Source: an uncultured Ruminiclostridium sp. (lineage in GTDB: Bacteria; Bacillota; Clostridia; Oscillospirales; Ruminococcaceae). From it: a stretch of DNA of 64,000 nucleotides. The DNA is taken from positions 16,796-80,795 of the forward strand of contig CAZRRT010000001.1 in NCBI GenBank assembly GCA_964602605.1, given 5' to 3'. The notes below the pieces were generated by a model that searched no databases, was not told the origin of the DNA, and was given only the letters and a program-made list of their open reading frames with translations. Positions 55,813-64,000 of this stretch are shown here, piece by piece; position 1 is the stretch's first letter; the number at the start of each line of letters is the position of its first letter. The position numbers were made by a program, and so were the translations under genes.

Positions 55813-57030
55813 ATGGCAAGATTTACTCTTCCTCGTGATTTGTATCACGGAAAAGGCGCATTGGAAGCACTTAAAACATTTAAGGGAAAAAAAGCTATCG
55901 TTTGCGTTGGCGGCGGCTCTATGAAGAAATTCGGCTTTTTGGATAAGACTGTTAATTATCTTAAAGAAGCGGGAATGGAAGTTGAATTGTTTGAAGGTAT
56001 CGAACCCGATCCTTCTGTTGATACAGTTATGAAGGGTGCGGAGGCTATGCTGAAGTTCCAGCCCGATTGGATCGTTGCAATCGGCGGCGGCTCTCCTATT
56101 GACGCTGCAAAGGCTATGTGGATTAAGTATGAGTATCCTGACATTACATTTGAGGATATGTGCAAGGTGTTCGGTATTCCCGAGCTGCGTAAAAAGGCTC
56201 ATTTCTGCGCTATCTCCTCTACCTCCGGCACTGCAACCGAGGTAACCGCATTCTCAATCATCACCGATTACAAGAAGGGTATTAAGTATCCTATCGCTGA
56301 CTTTGAAATCACACCCGACGTTGCTATCGTTGATCCCGAATTGGCTGAAACAATGCCTAAAAAGCTTGTTGCACATACAGGTATGGACGCTATAACTCAC
56401 GCAATCGAAGCGTACGTATCTACCGCTAACTGCGACTACACCGATCCTCTTGCGCTTCACGCAATCAAGATGATTCAGAGAGATTTGGTAGGCTCTTACA
56501 ACGGCGATATGGATAAACGCCACAGTATGCACAACGCACAGTGCCTTGCAGGTATGGCGTTCTCCAACGCTTTGCTCGGTATCGTTCACTCTATGGCTCA
56601 TAAGACAGGCGCAGCTTTCGCAGACAAGGGCGCACATATTATCCACGGTGCGGCAAACGCAATGTATCTGCCCAAGGTTATCGCATTTAACGCTAAAGAT
56701 CCCGCAGCTAAAAAGCGTTACGGTGAAATTGCCGACTTTATGAAGTTAGGCGGAAATAACGACGATGAGAAGGTTAAATTGCTTATCGCTTATCTGCGCA
56801 AGATGAACGACGATTTGAACATTCCTCACTGCATTAAGAACTACGGTGCAGACAGCTATCCCACTGAGCAGGGCTTTGTTCCCGAGGAAACCTTCCTTGA
56901 AAGACTGCACGATATTGCCGTAAACGCAATCGGCGACGCTTGCACAGGCTCTAACCCCCGTCAGCCTTCCGTAGAGGAAATGGAAAAGCTGCTTAAATGC
57001 TGCTACTATGACACCGATGTTGATTTCTAA
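55813..57030 (+). CDS. iron-containing (group III) alcohol dehydrogenase
   Basis: Motif GGGSPIDAAKAMW and His-rich metal site (HxxxH ... H). 405 aa. Substrate not assignable. Confidence 0.85.
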   Translation: MARFTLPRDLYHGKGALEALKTFKGKKAIVCVGGGSMKKFGFLDKTVNYLKEAGMEVELFEGIEPDPSVDTVMKGAEAMLKFQPDWIVAIGGGSPIDAAKAMWIKYEYPDITFEDMCKVFGIPELRKKAHFCAISSTSGTATEVTAFSIITDYKKGIKYPIADFEITPDVAIVDPELAETMPKKLVAHTGMDAITHAIEAYVSTANCDYTDPLALHAIKMIQRDLVGSYNGDMDKRHSMHNAQCLAGMAFSNALLGIVHSMAHKTGAAFADKGAHIIHGAANAMYLPKVIAFNAKDPAAKKRYGEIADFMKLGGNNDDEKVKLLIAYLRKMNDDLNIPHCIKNYGADSYPTEQGFVPEETFLERLHDIAVNAIGDACTGSNPRQPSVEEMEKLLKCCYYDTDVDF

Positions 57031-57053
57031 TTAAATCTTTTCTCCTATAAAAA

Positions 57054-57088
57054 ATCCGAGATGAATTTTATGATCATCTCGGATTTTT
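57054..57088 (+). terminator. intrinsic terminator after the alcohol dehydrogenase gene
   Basis: 11-bp stem ATCCGAGATGA / TCATCTCGGAT followed by TTTTATT. Confidence 0.7.
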
Positions 57089-57104
57089 ATTATTATCGGA
57101 TATT

Positions 57105-57315
57105 ATTCAGCTTGTCGAAAAAACTCCTGTTGGTCGGTTTTCCGTCAAGCTGACGCCGCTTTTGGCGGCTTGCCTAAAAAAACAAAAATCGGGCAGAGCC
57201 TTGCTCTGCCTCAATTTTAAGGCTATGATCCTAATTTAGGGAAAAGCCCTGATGGTTTTTCCCTAAGAGCTTTTTCCTTCCGAAAAATTAAGTTTAGGCT
57301 TTTTCAACAGCCTGT
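57105..57315 (-). mobile_element. family-A MITE-like element, copy 2 (inverted orientation)
   Basis: Its reverse complement aligns end to end with 32661-32870. Perfect internal hairpins TTAGGGAAAA/TTTTCCCTAA and GGCAGAGC/GCTCTGCC. Confidence 0.65.
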
Positions 57316-57362
57316 AGTATTATCTATAATTTGTCCGTTTAGAATTTTGAGAAAAACGCATA

Positions 57363-57872
57363 TCATATTTGCTTTTCGGAGATTTTCGCCTTCCTTTTCC
57401 GAACAGCTTTTACCCAAACAACTGCAACGGGAGTAAATGAAGCGATAAAAACAATTCCCGAAACGATAAAGCGGCGAAGGTAGTTGTCATAGCTTTCGAT
57501 TTCAATAAACTTATGCTCGGCAACAGTTTCACCCTTCTCGTCGGTAGTTGTGTAAGCTCCTTCCGAATCTATGGTGGACGGATCATACATAATTCTTACA
57601 GTTCTTCCAAGATATGTCTTATAATCTATGGATATAGGATTAAACTGCTTTTGAAATCTGCCGTCTGCATACATACTATATTCCGAATGAACCTTGCCGT
57701 TATAATCCGTAAACGTTCCGAAAACCGCTCCTTCCGGCAAACCGATAAATGTGATCTCAGCCGTTGTGATTACCCAGCTGTGACGCTCCATGCGGAATTT
57801 TACAGCAAAAACAAACACGGTCAGCGAAATTGCTGCGATCAGACTTAAAACGACCATTAAAAACCGTTTCAT
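57363..57872 (-). CDS. hypothetical two-TM membrane protein (DUF3592-like architecture)
   Basis: N-terminal and C-terminal TM helices flank a ~110-aa beta-rich domain. Confidence 0.45.
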   Translation of the reverse strand: MKRFLMVVLSLIAAISLTVFVFAVKFRMERHSWVITTAEITFIGLPEGAVFGTFTDYNGKVHSEYSMYADGRFQKQFNPISIDYKTYLGRTVRIMYDPSTIDSEGAYTTTDEKGETVAEHKFIEIESYDNYLRRFIVSGIVFIASFTPVAVVWVKAVRKRKAKISEKQI

Positions 57873-57926
57873 ATACGTTCTTCCCTGCTTATAAATAACA
57901 TAGGGCTATTTTTTATTTACAACTGC

Positions 57927-59414
57927 TTAGAAAGGTCTTTCGGTGGGATATTTTATCTCTTTGGGCTGATTGTAGGAAATATCCTTAATACCAAGCATTT
58001 TCAATAATTCAAATATTGCGTTTCCGCAGTGAGAAAAGGCAACCGCTCCGTGGTGAGGATAACGCTTTTGAATAAGCACGTGGCGGTAAAACCTTCCCAT
58101 TTCATTGATTGCAAAAATACCTATGCCGCCGAAGGAGCGTGTTTTAACAGGCAATACCTCGCCCTCCGCAACGTACGCCACAAGCTCGCCGTCGCTGTTG
58201 CATTGAAGTCTGAAGAAGGTGATGTCGGAGGCGGCAATATCGCCCTCCAATGTTCCTCTTGTAAAATCAGGCTCGGAATCGGCAGGCTCTAACAAGCGGT
58301 GCTGTATAAGCTGATATTTAACGGCTCTGTCGGCGCAAAGCTTGCAGGAGGGAGTGTTTCCGCAGTGGAAGCCCATAAAGGTGTCGGTAAGCTGGTATGG
58401 ATATTTTCCCTCAATATCGCTTTTGTACAAATCTTCGGGTACGGAGTTGTTTATGTCAAGGAGAGTTACCGTGTCGCCTGTGATACACATTCCTATGTAT
58501 TCGCTGAGTGCGCCGTAAATATCCACCTCGCAGGAAACGGGAATGCCTCTGCTTACCAATCTTGAATTTACATAGCAGGGTTCAAAGCCGAATGCTTCCG
58601 GGAATGCAGGCCAGCATTTATCGGCAAAAGCCACGTATTTTCTTGCGCCCTTGTGCTTTTCCGCCCAATCCAGAAGGGTAACCTCAAGCTGCGCCATACG
58701 CTGATTCATATCGGGATAGTAGCAGCCCGCTCCCATTTCCTCCGCCATTTCGGTGCAGATTTGGGGAATACGGGGATCGTCCTTGTGGGCTTTATAAGAA
58801 ACAAGCAAGTCAAGCTCGGAGTTTTCCTCCACCTCAACGCCGATTTCGTAAAGTCCCTTAATGGGAGCGTTGCAGGCGAAAAAGTCTTGGGGACGAGGAC
58901 CGAAGGTAATGATTTTAAGCTGTGAAAGTCCTATAAGAGCGCAGGCGACAGGCTTAAACTCGCTTATCATCTTTGCCACGTCCTCTGCCGTGCCAACAGG
59001 GTATTCGGGGATATAGCCCTTTAAATGGCGCATACCCAAATTATATGAGCAGTTCAGCATACCGCAGTAAGCGTCGCCTCTGCCGTTAATTAAATCGTTT
59101 CCGCTTTCCTCTGCAGCCGCCGCATACATTACAGGACCGTCAAAGTTCTTTGCAATAAGAGTTTCGGGCGTTTCGGGACCGAAGTTGCCCAAAAATACCA
59201 CCAATGCGTTACAGCCCGCATTTTTAACGTCCTCAACCGCTTTCAGCATATCCAGCTCGTTTTCAACGGTAACCTTGCTTTCGTAAATATCAATTCCAAT
59301 GTCGCCGCAAGCCTTTGCAACCGCACCTCTTCTTCTTTCGGAAAGAGAAATTATAAAGCAGTCACGGGAAACGGCGATAAGTCCTAATTTTACCTGCGGA
59401 ATATTGTTAAGCAT
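57927..59414 (-). CDS. L-fucose/L-arabinose isomerase family protein
   Basis: About 495 aa with FucI/AraA-like sequence. The ATG at 59414 lies 8 nt after GGAGGG; the track ORF starts at 59468. Confidence 0.6.
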   Translation of the reverse strand: MLNNIPQVKLGLIAVSRDCFIISLSERRRGAVAKACGDIGIDIYESKVTVENELDMLKAVEDVKNAGCNALVVFLGNFGPETPETLIAKNFDGPVMYAAAAEESGNDLINGRGDAYCGMLNCSYNLGMRHLKGYIPEYPVGTAEDVAKMISEFKPVACALIGLSQLKIITFGPRPQDFFACNAPIKGLYEIGVEVEENSELDLLVSYKAHKDDPRIPQICTEMAEEMGAGCYYPDMNQRMAQLEVTLLDWAEKHKGARKYVAFADKCWPAFPEAFGFEPCYVNSRLVSRGIPVSCEVDIYGALSEYIGMCITGDTVTLLDINNSVPEDLYKSDIEGKYPYQLTDTFMGFHCGNTPSCKLCADRAVKYQLIQHRLLEPADSEPDFTRGTLEGDIAASDITFFRLQCNSDGELVAYVAEGEVLPVKTRSFGGIGIFAINEMGRFYRHVLIQKRYPHHGAVAFSHCGNAIFELLKMLGIKDISYNQPKEIKYPTERPF

Positions 59415-59606
59415 AGTTTTTACCCTCCAAAAATTTTTTAAGTTATTACTATAAATAATATCATACAATTTTTAAAATTACAACAATTTAAGAGAATTTA
59501 GTGTAATCGTTTTACACAAATTTTTGCGGGTTTTTTTGTGTAAGAGACTGTAAGGTTGGTTTTAAATGGGGATAGGTAATTTTATTTGTTTCAGCAATTC
59601 TATACA

Positions 59607-59650
59607 TTTTAAGTGAGTGAATTAAATATTTTAAGTGAGGGCATTAAATA
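59607..59650. repeat. 22-bp tandem duplication abutting the left end of MITE copy 3
   Basis: TTTTAAGTGAGTGAATTAAATA followed by TTTTAAGTGAGGGCATTAAATA. Confidence 0.7.
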
Positions 59651-59858
59651 TTCAGTCCGCCGAAAAAACCGGTGATTAAATTTTCCGGAAGGAAAGAGGT
59701 CTTAGAGAAAAAACGTCAGGGCTTTTCCCTAAATTGAGATCATAGCCTTAAAATCGGGCTGAGTAAAGCACTGCCCGATTTTTTTGGCGGAAACCCGCCA
59801 AAAATTGCGTCAGCTTGACGGAAAACCGACCAAAGGAAGATTTTTCGACAAGCTAAAG
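59651..59858 (+). mobile_element. family-A MITE-like element, copy 3
   Basis: Collinear with 32661-32870. More diverged terminal inverted repeats (TTCAGTCCGCCGAAAAAA ... TTTTTCGACAAGCTAAAG). Ends 33 nt before the infC promoter -35. Confidence 0.6.
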
Positions 59859-59890
59859 TCAAAGCTAAAGAAAAATATTTCATTTACCTA

Positions 59891-59919
59891 TTGACAAACA
59901 AAACAAAATAGTTTATAAT
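59891..59919 (+). promoter_or_regulatory. consensus promoter of the infC-rpmI-rplT operon
   Basis: TTGACA at 59891-59896, 17-nt spacer, TATAAT at 59914-59919. Confidence 0.65.
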
Positions 59920-59924
59920 ACTAA

Positions 59925-60056
59925 AGGTTGAATAAACATAAAGAAGAGTTTCTCTCACCCCAAGCCTGCTGCGAAAGGGTTGTTTATCGAATTTCATATT
60001 GATGTATAAGTATGAACGTTCGGCGTGAGAGTATCTCTTGCGCCTTTATTTTTTAT
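59925..60056 (+). promoter_or_regulatory. L20-type ribosomal-protein leader (transcription attenuator) upstream of infC
   Basis: Terminator GGCGTGAGAG / CTCTTGCGCC (60022-60044) followed by TTTATTTTTT. Upstream CTCTCACC (59951-59958) can pair with the terminator 5' arm. The position matches the Firmicute L20 leader. Confidence 0.6.
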
Positions 60057-60184
60057 TTTAAAGCGCAGCTTAAACAAGCTGCCGAAATTGCAACGCAATT
60101 TAGAGGTTCAGGGGGGGATTTTACCCCCCACTGAAGCTAAGATGGAGCCCTTCGCCTTAGAGGCGGGGGACATCTTTGCAGTGG
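60057..60184. repeat. family-B 128-bp repeat, copy 2 (inside the infC leader)
   Basis: About 93% identical to 24868-24995 and in the same orientation on the + strand. Confidence 0.85.
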
Positions 60185-60252
60185 TTATAAACAGACAAAA
60201 AGCAATTATCTTATATAGTCTAATATGGGGAAATCCCATAAAATAAACATTT

Positions 60253-60882
60253 TTGGAAATAACCGTAAAATTGGGAAAGGAAGTGTTATCCATAGCCGCA
60301 AAACAACCCCTCATTAACGAGGAAATCCACGAAAAGCAGGTTCGTGTTATCGGACCTGACAACGATCAGTTGGGAATTATGTCCTCCAACGATGCATTGA
60401 AAAAAGCGGAGGAGGAAGATTTGGATTTGGTTCTTATTGCTCCTCAGGGCAATCCCCCTGTATGCAAAATTATGGACTACGGCAAGTACCGCTTTGAGCA
60501 GGCAAAAAAAGAAAAGGAAGCAAAGAAAAACCAAAAGCAGTCCGAGCTTAAGGAAATCAGTATGTTCCTTAACATTGACGTCAACGATTTTAACCGCAAG
60601 GTAAGCCAAGCCGTTAAGTTTTTGCAGAACGGCGACAAGGTGAGAATCAAGGTTCGCTTTAAGAGAGCAAGAGAGCTTTCTCATATGCACTTGGGCGAGG
60701 ATTTGATGAAGAGATTTATGGACGCCGTGGCGGAATACGGTTCAGCGGATAAGCCTTCCGTTTTGGAGGGAAAGAATTTTTCTGCGGTTATTGTACCAAA
60801 AGCCGCTTCGGGAAAAAAATCCGCTCCTAAAGCCGATAATTCCAAAAAGGAAAACAAGACCGACGAAAAACCGGCGGAATAA
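60253..60882 (+). CDS. infC: translation initiation factor IF-3 (start codon uncertain, probably non-AUG)
   Basis: IF3 sequence from ...INEEIHEKQVRVIGPDNDQLGIM. There is no in-frame ATG near the N-terminus. Candidates are TTG 60253, TTG 60271, GTG 60283 and ATA 60292; the SD-like AAGGAAG sits at 60277-60283. Confidence 0.9.
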   Translation: MEITVKLGKEVLSIAAKQPLINEEIHEKQVRVIGPDNDQLGIMSSNDALKKAEEEDLDLVLIAPQGNPPVCKIMDYGKYRFEQAKKEKEAKKNQKQSELKEISMFLNIDVNDFNRKVSQAVKFLQNGDKVRIKVRFKRARELSHMHLGEDLMKRFMDAVAEYGSADKPSVLEGKNFSAVIVPKAASGKKSAPKADNSKKENKTDEKPAE

Positions 60883-61191
60883 TCGCATTTCATATTTTTT
60901 ATTGATATGAACAATGCTGATTATAGGCTTTGATTTTATAAGCAGAACTAACGGAAAGTTAAAGTTTAAATCAACCGTCATTTAGGCGTTGATGATATAT
61001 ATGAAAAACCAAAAAGTCGATAATTAAAAAAGAAATAAGACCTGCAAAAAATCAGCGGAATAATAGCATTTCATATTATTGATTGATATGAACAATGCTG
61101 ATTATAGGCTTTGATTTTACAGGCAGGACTAACGGAAAGTTAAAGTTTAAATCAACCGTCATTTAGGCGTTGATAATATATTTATGAAAAA
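60844..61191. repeat. tandem duplication, 181-bp unit x2, covering the last 13 codons of infC and the infC-rpmI spacer
   Basis: GCGGAATAAT occurs at 60874 and 61055. The units are near-identical from AAGACC..GCGGAATAAT..CATTTCATATT to GGCGTTGAT.ATATAT..ATGAAAAA. Confidence 0.85.
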
Positions 61192-61212
61192 TTAAGAATG
61201 GAGGCAATATAA

Positions 61213-61416
61213 ATGAAGAATAAGATTAAAACACACAGCGGCGCAAAAAAGCGTTTTCGTTTTACCGCCAACGGCAAGGTTAAATATCAGTCCGCAAACC
61301 GCCGTCACAGACTTACCCAAAAGGCTACAGGCCGCAAGCGCAGCAACCGTGCAAACGAGTATGCAAGCAAAGCGGATATGAAGGAAATCAAGGCTATTAT
61401 GCCTTATGCTAAGTAA
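61213..61416 (+). CDS. rpmI: 50S ribosomal protein L35
   Basis: 67 aa starting [15 protein letters not shown]. Confidence 0.95.
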   Translation: MKNKIKTHSGAKKRFRFTANGKVKYQSANRRHRLTQKATGRKRSNRANEYASKADMKEIKAIMPYAK

Positions 61417-61433
61417 GAAGGAGGAAACGAAAA

Positions 61434-61787
61434 ATGGCTCGTGTAAAAGGCGCTCTCGCAACTCGCAAGAGAAGAAATAAAACACTTAAATTGGCAAAAG
61501 GCTACTGGGGCGGCAAAAGCAGACTCTTTAAAACCGCTAAGGAAGCCGTATGGAAATCAGGTCAGTATGCTTACATCAGCAGACGCTTAAAGAAAAGAGA
61601 TTTCCGCAGACTTTGGATTACAAGAATCAGCGCAGGCTGCAAGCTTAACGGTATGAATTATTCCACATTCATCAACGGCTTAAAGAAAGCCGATATTACT
61701 CTTAACCGCAAAATGCTTTCAGAAATTGCAATCCACGATCCCGCTGCTTTCACATCTCTTTGTGATAAGGCTAAGGCTGCCCTTTAA
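61434..61787 (+). CDS. rplT: 50S ribosomal protein L20
   Basis: 117 aa starting [26 protein letters not shown]. Confidence 0.95.
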   Translation: MARVKGALATRKRRNKTLKLAKGYWGGKSRLFKTAKEAVWKSGQYAYISRRLKKRDFRRLWITRISAGCKLNGMNYSTFINGLKKADITLNRKMLSEIAIHDPAAFTSLCDKAKAAL

Positions 61788-61795
61788 TAAAAAAT

Positions 61796-61825
61796 ATCAC
61801 GCTCTGATTGGGCGTGATTTTGTTT
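61796..61825 (+). terminator. intrinsic terminator after rplT
   Basis: Stem ATCACGC / GCGTGAT followed by TTTGTTT. Confidence 0.6.
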
Positions 61826-61951
61826 ATGTTACAGTTGATAGTTGACAGTTAAGGTATCTGTGCTTCACACGTTAATTTAAACACGTACCGCACAGCAACA
61901 CGTATTAACCGCCAACTGCACCGACGGCAATATACAGATTGGAAAATTATA

Positions 61952-62941
61952 CTATTTATACATTATCTCCTTATGCTTTTGGTAATAAACAGTGAAAAAT
62001 GCCACACACGCCAAAATTGCGGAAAAGTAATTTTCTATAAGCATAAGAGGAAAACGCTCCGAAACATCGGGAAACAGCGCTTGGTAATAGGACCAATTTT
62101 CCATAGTCATATTTATGGTAATACTTACATCTAAAGTTTTTGCAGCGTAATACAAAGCTCTCATTGTGCTGAAATAAGCGGAGAAAAAGCAGCCGAAGGC
62201 GGTTATAATACAGCAGCTCAGCGCACCTAACATATCAATCTTTTTAGCTAAAAACAGGTAATCAAAAAGCACAAAAACCGCAATCAAAGCCCCGGCTAAC
62301 AGACTTGCCACAAAGTTTCCCGTTTGGGAAAGGTCGGAGGCGGTTATAATCGAGCAAATTACCGTTATTGCAAAGCCGCCCAATAATGCACCGAAAAGTC
62401 CTCTTATGCTGTATTTGTCAAAGCCGTTTGAAACCGATTTCTTTGCTTTTTTTGAATTATTTTGATGAGATTTATTTGTATTGGAATTTTGATTGGCTGA
62501 CGTTTCGTTTGCTATACTTCCTGTTGTATCACATAATGAATTATACTGCTTGTTGAAATCTGTTTCCTTTGGATCGGTGGGAACAAGTTGAAGTTTATCC
62601 GCCAAGCTGCATAAATCGGATACAAACTGTGTAAGATATACAGAGTTTTCCTGATATAAAAAGGCTGCGTTAAAATTTACAGAGGTATGCTTTAAGCTGT
62701 CGCTTCTTGAAACAACGCAGTTTTTAGGCATTTTTTCCAACAGCTCTGTAATTCCGTTTTTATACTCTTGGTTAATATCGGGACGGATTTTACAAAACAC
62801 CGTTATCATATATTGGCGATTTTTTGGGTCATCGCTTATAATTACAGGGTAATCCTTAATTTTTCCGTAAAGACAAAGCTGCTCCCCATTCCAATTAAGT
62901 CCCAAATCGTCTTTTAAAAATTCAAGCTCTGAAAAAGACAT
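61952..62941 (-). CDS. hypothetical membrane protein (329 aa)
   Basis: Soluble N-terminal ~130 aa, an N/S-rich linker, then about four TM segments. No motif recognised. Confidence 0.5.
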   Translation of the reverse strand: MSFSELEFLKDDLGLNWNGEQLCLYGKIKDYPVIISDDPKNRQYMITVFCKIRPDINQEYKNGITELLEKMPKNCVVSRSDSLKHTSVNFNAAFLYQENSVYLTQFVSDLCSLADKLQLVPTDPKETDFNKQYNSLCDTTGSIANETSANQNSNTNKSHQNNSKKAKKSVSNGFDKYSIRGLFGALLGGFAITVICSIITASDLSQTGNFVASLLAGALIAVFVLFDYLFLAKKIDMLGALSCCIITAFGCFFSAYFSTMRALYYAAKTLDVSITINMTMENWSYYQALFPDVSERFPLMLIENYFSAILACVAFFTVYYQKHKEIMYK

Positions 62942-63043
62942 TTTATATACCTTTTTAATAATGTTTAATTTAATAATGTTTAATAATTTAAGAAAATATA
63001 ATTGCTATGCTATTAGAATATCACATAAATCGGGAGTTGTCAA

Positions 63044-63820
63044 ATGATAATTACCTCAAGAAAAAACGAAATCGTTGTTAAAAGCAGACGTATCTTATCC
63101 GAGAAAAAAATAAGAGATAAAGAGGGAGCTTTTGGGGTTGAAGGCTTTAAATTAACGGAGGAGGCAATAAAGGCGGGTTTATCCCCACTGTATGCCGTTG
63201 TCACAGTTGAAGCCTTGGAAAAATTCCCTCAAACAATTAAACTTATAGAAAAAAATTGCAGTATATATACAGTCAGTAATGAAGTATATCTTAGTATAAG
63301 TGAACAAAAATCACCACAAGGAATATTTCTTGCAGGAAAAATCCTTGACAAATTTAAAATTGCTGATATTATATTAACAAATAATAAAATTTTAATGTTA
63401 GACGCTGTTCAGGATATGGGCAATTTAGGAACAATGTTTAGAACGGCGGAAGCATTGGGAATTGACGCTGTTATTTTAGGTGAGGGCTGCGCCGACGCTT
63501 GGTCGCCGAAAACATTGAGAGGCTCTATGGGCAGCGTTTTCAGACTGCCTTTTTGCTGTTGTTCCCTATCGGAAGCTGTGGACTTAGCTAAGGAAAACGG
63601 CTTTCAGGTATACGCCGCTATGCTTGATAATTCCGCAAAGCCTTTGGGGAGCTTTAAATTCCCACAGAAATCAGCGGTTATCATAGGCAACGAGGGACAC
63701 GGAATTTCACCCGAAATCGCTGAAAAATCCCAAAAGCTGTACATTCCCATTCAAAAATCCGAATCCCTTAACGCTGCGGCAGCCGCTGCGGTTATATGCT
63801 GGGAGATGACTAAGGAATGA
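63044..63820 (+). CDS. TrmH/SpoU-family RNA 2'-O-methyltransferase
   Basis: SpoU motifs (GNLGTMFRTAEALG, IIGNEGHGIS, IPI..SESLNAAAAAAV). 258 aa. Confidence 0.85.
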   Translation: MIITSRKNEIVVKSRRILSEKKIRDKEGAFGVEGFKLTEEAIKAGLSPLYAVVTVEALEKFPQTIKLIEKNCSIYTVSNEVYLSISEQKSPQGIFLAGKILDKFKIADIILTNNKILMLDAVQDMGNLGTMFRTAEALGIDAVILGEGCADAWSPKTLRGSMGSVFRLPFCCCSLSEAVDLAKENGFQVYAAMLDNSAKPLGSFKFPQKSAVIIGNEGHGISPEIAEKSQKLYIPIQKSESLNAAAAAAVICWEMTKE

Positions 63821-64000
63821 TGTTTTTAAAGTTCACTTCCAAAATCGTAAAATTATCTTTAATAATAATTGGGAAAAGTAGTAATATAAAATTACAAGAA
63901 AACGAACAATAAAGAATTAGAAAAAATCTAACAGCAAAGCAACAGTCTGTTGCAGGATAAATACTAATTTTAGCCGTAAAAATAACAGCACTCAAAAAAT

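Overview
This 64-kb window is a low-GC Firmicute chromosome segment. Gene order and protein sequences look clostridial, possibly Oscillospiraceae/Ruminococcaceae-like, but that taxon call is an unverified guess. The content is mostly core genes.

Genes, in window order:
- tgt (5' end off the window), mntP, a C11 clostripain-like lipoprotein and a clostridial 2x[4Fe-4S] ferredoxin that is missing from the ORF track.
- A four-gene metal ABC importer and a GldA/F/G-like ABC cluster with a DUF4340-like protein.
- The complete rimP-nusA-ylxR-ylxQ-infB-rbfA-nrnA-truB-ribF operon.
- A TPP riboswitch followed by thiT, and a MacB/FtsX/HlyD efflux set.
- An XRE/ImmA pair divergent from a Y-family polymerase plus YolD-like gene.
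- An Rrf2 regulator, then the conserved remA-gmk-priA-def-fmt-rsmB-rlmN-stp-prkC-rsgA block with two lineage-specific inserted genes.
- TM1266-hydE-hydG, a GNAT acetyltransferase, a LysR regulator, an Fe-alcohol dehydrogenase with a Rex-like box, a FucI-like isomerase, infC-rpmI-rplT behind an L20-type attenuator, and a TrmH methyltransferase.

No tRNA, rRNA, CRISPR array, transposase or integrase was seen.

The unusual signals are mostly non-coding:
1. Three families of structured intergenic repeats. One is a ~210-bp MITE-like element with terminal inverted repeats, present in 3 copies.
2. A 128-bp element sits in opposite transcriptional orientation in the leaders of the IF2 and IF3 operons, so the two leaders are mutually complementary.
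3. Three independent tandem duplications each copy a gene 3' end plus the downstream spacer inside an operon.
4. A terminator-containing leader of unrecognised class precedes the hydrogenase-maturase operon.
5. The translesion-polymerase cassette appears to be controlled by an ImmR/ImmA-type repressor/protease pair rather than LexA.

All homology calls come from motif recognition by eye. No searches were run.
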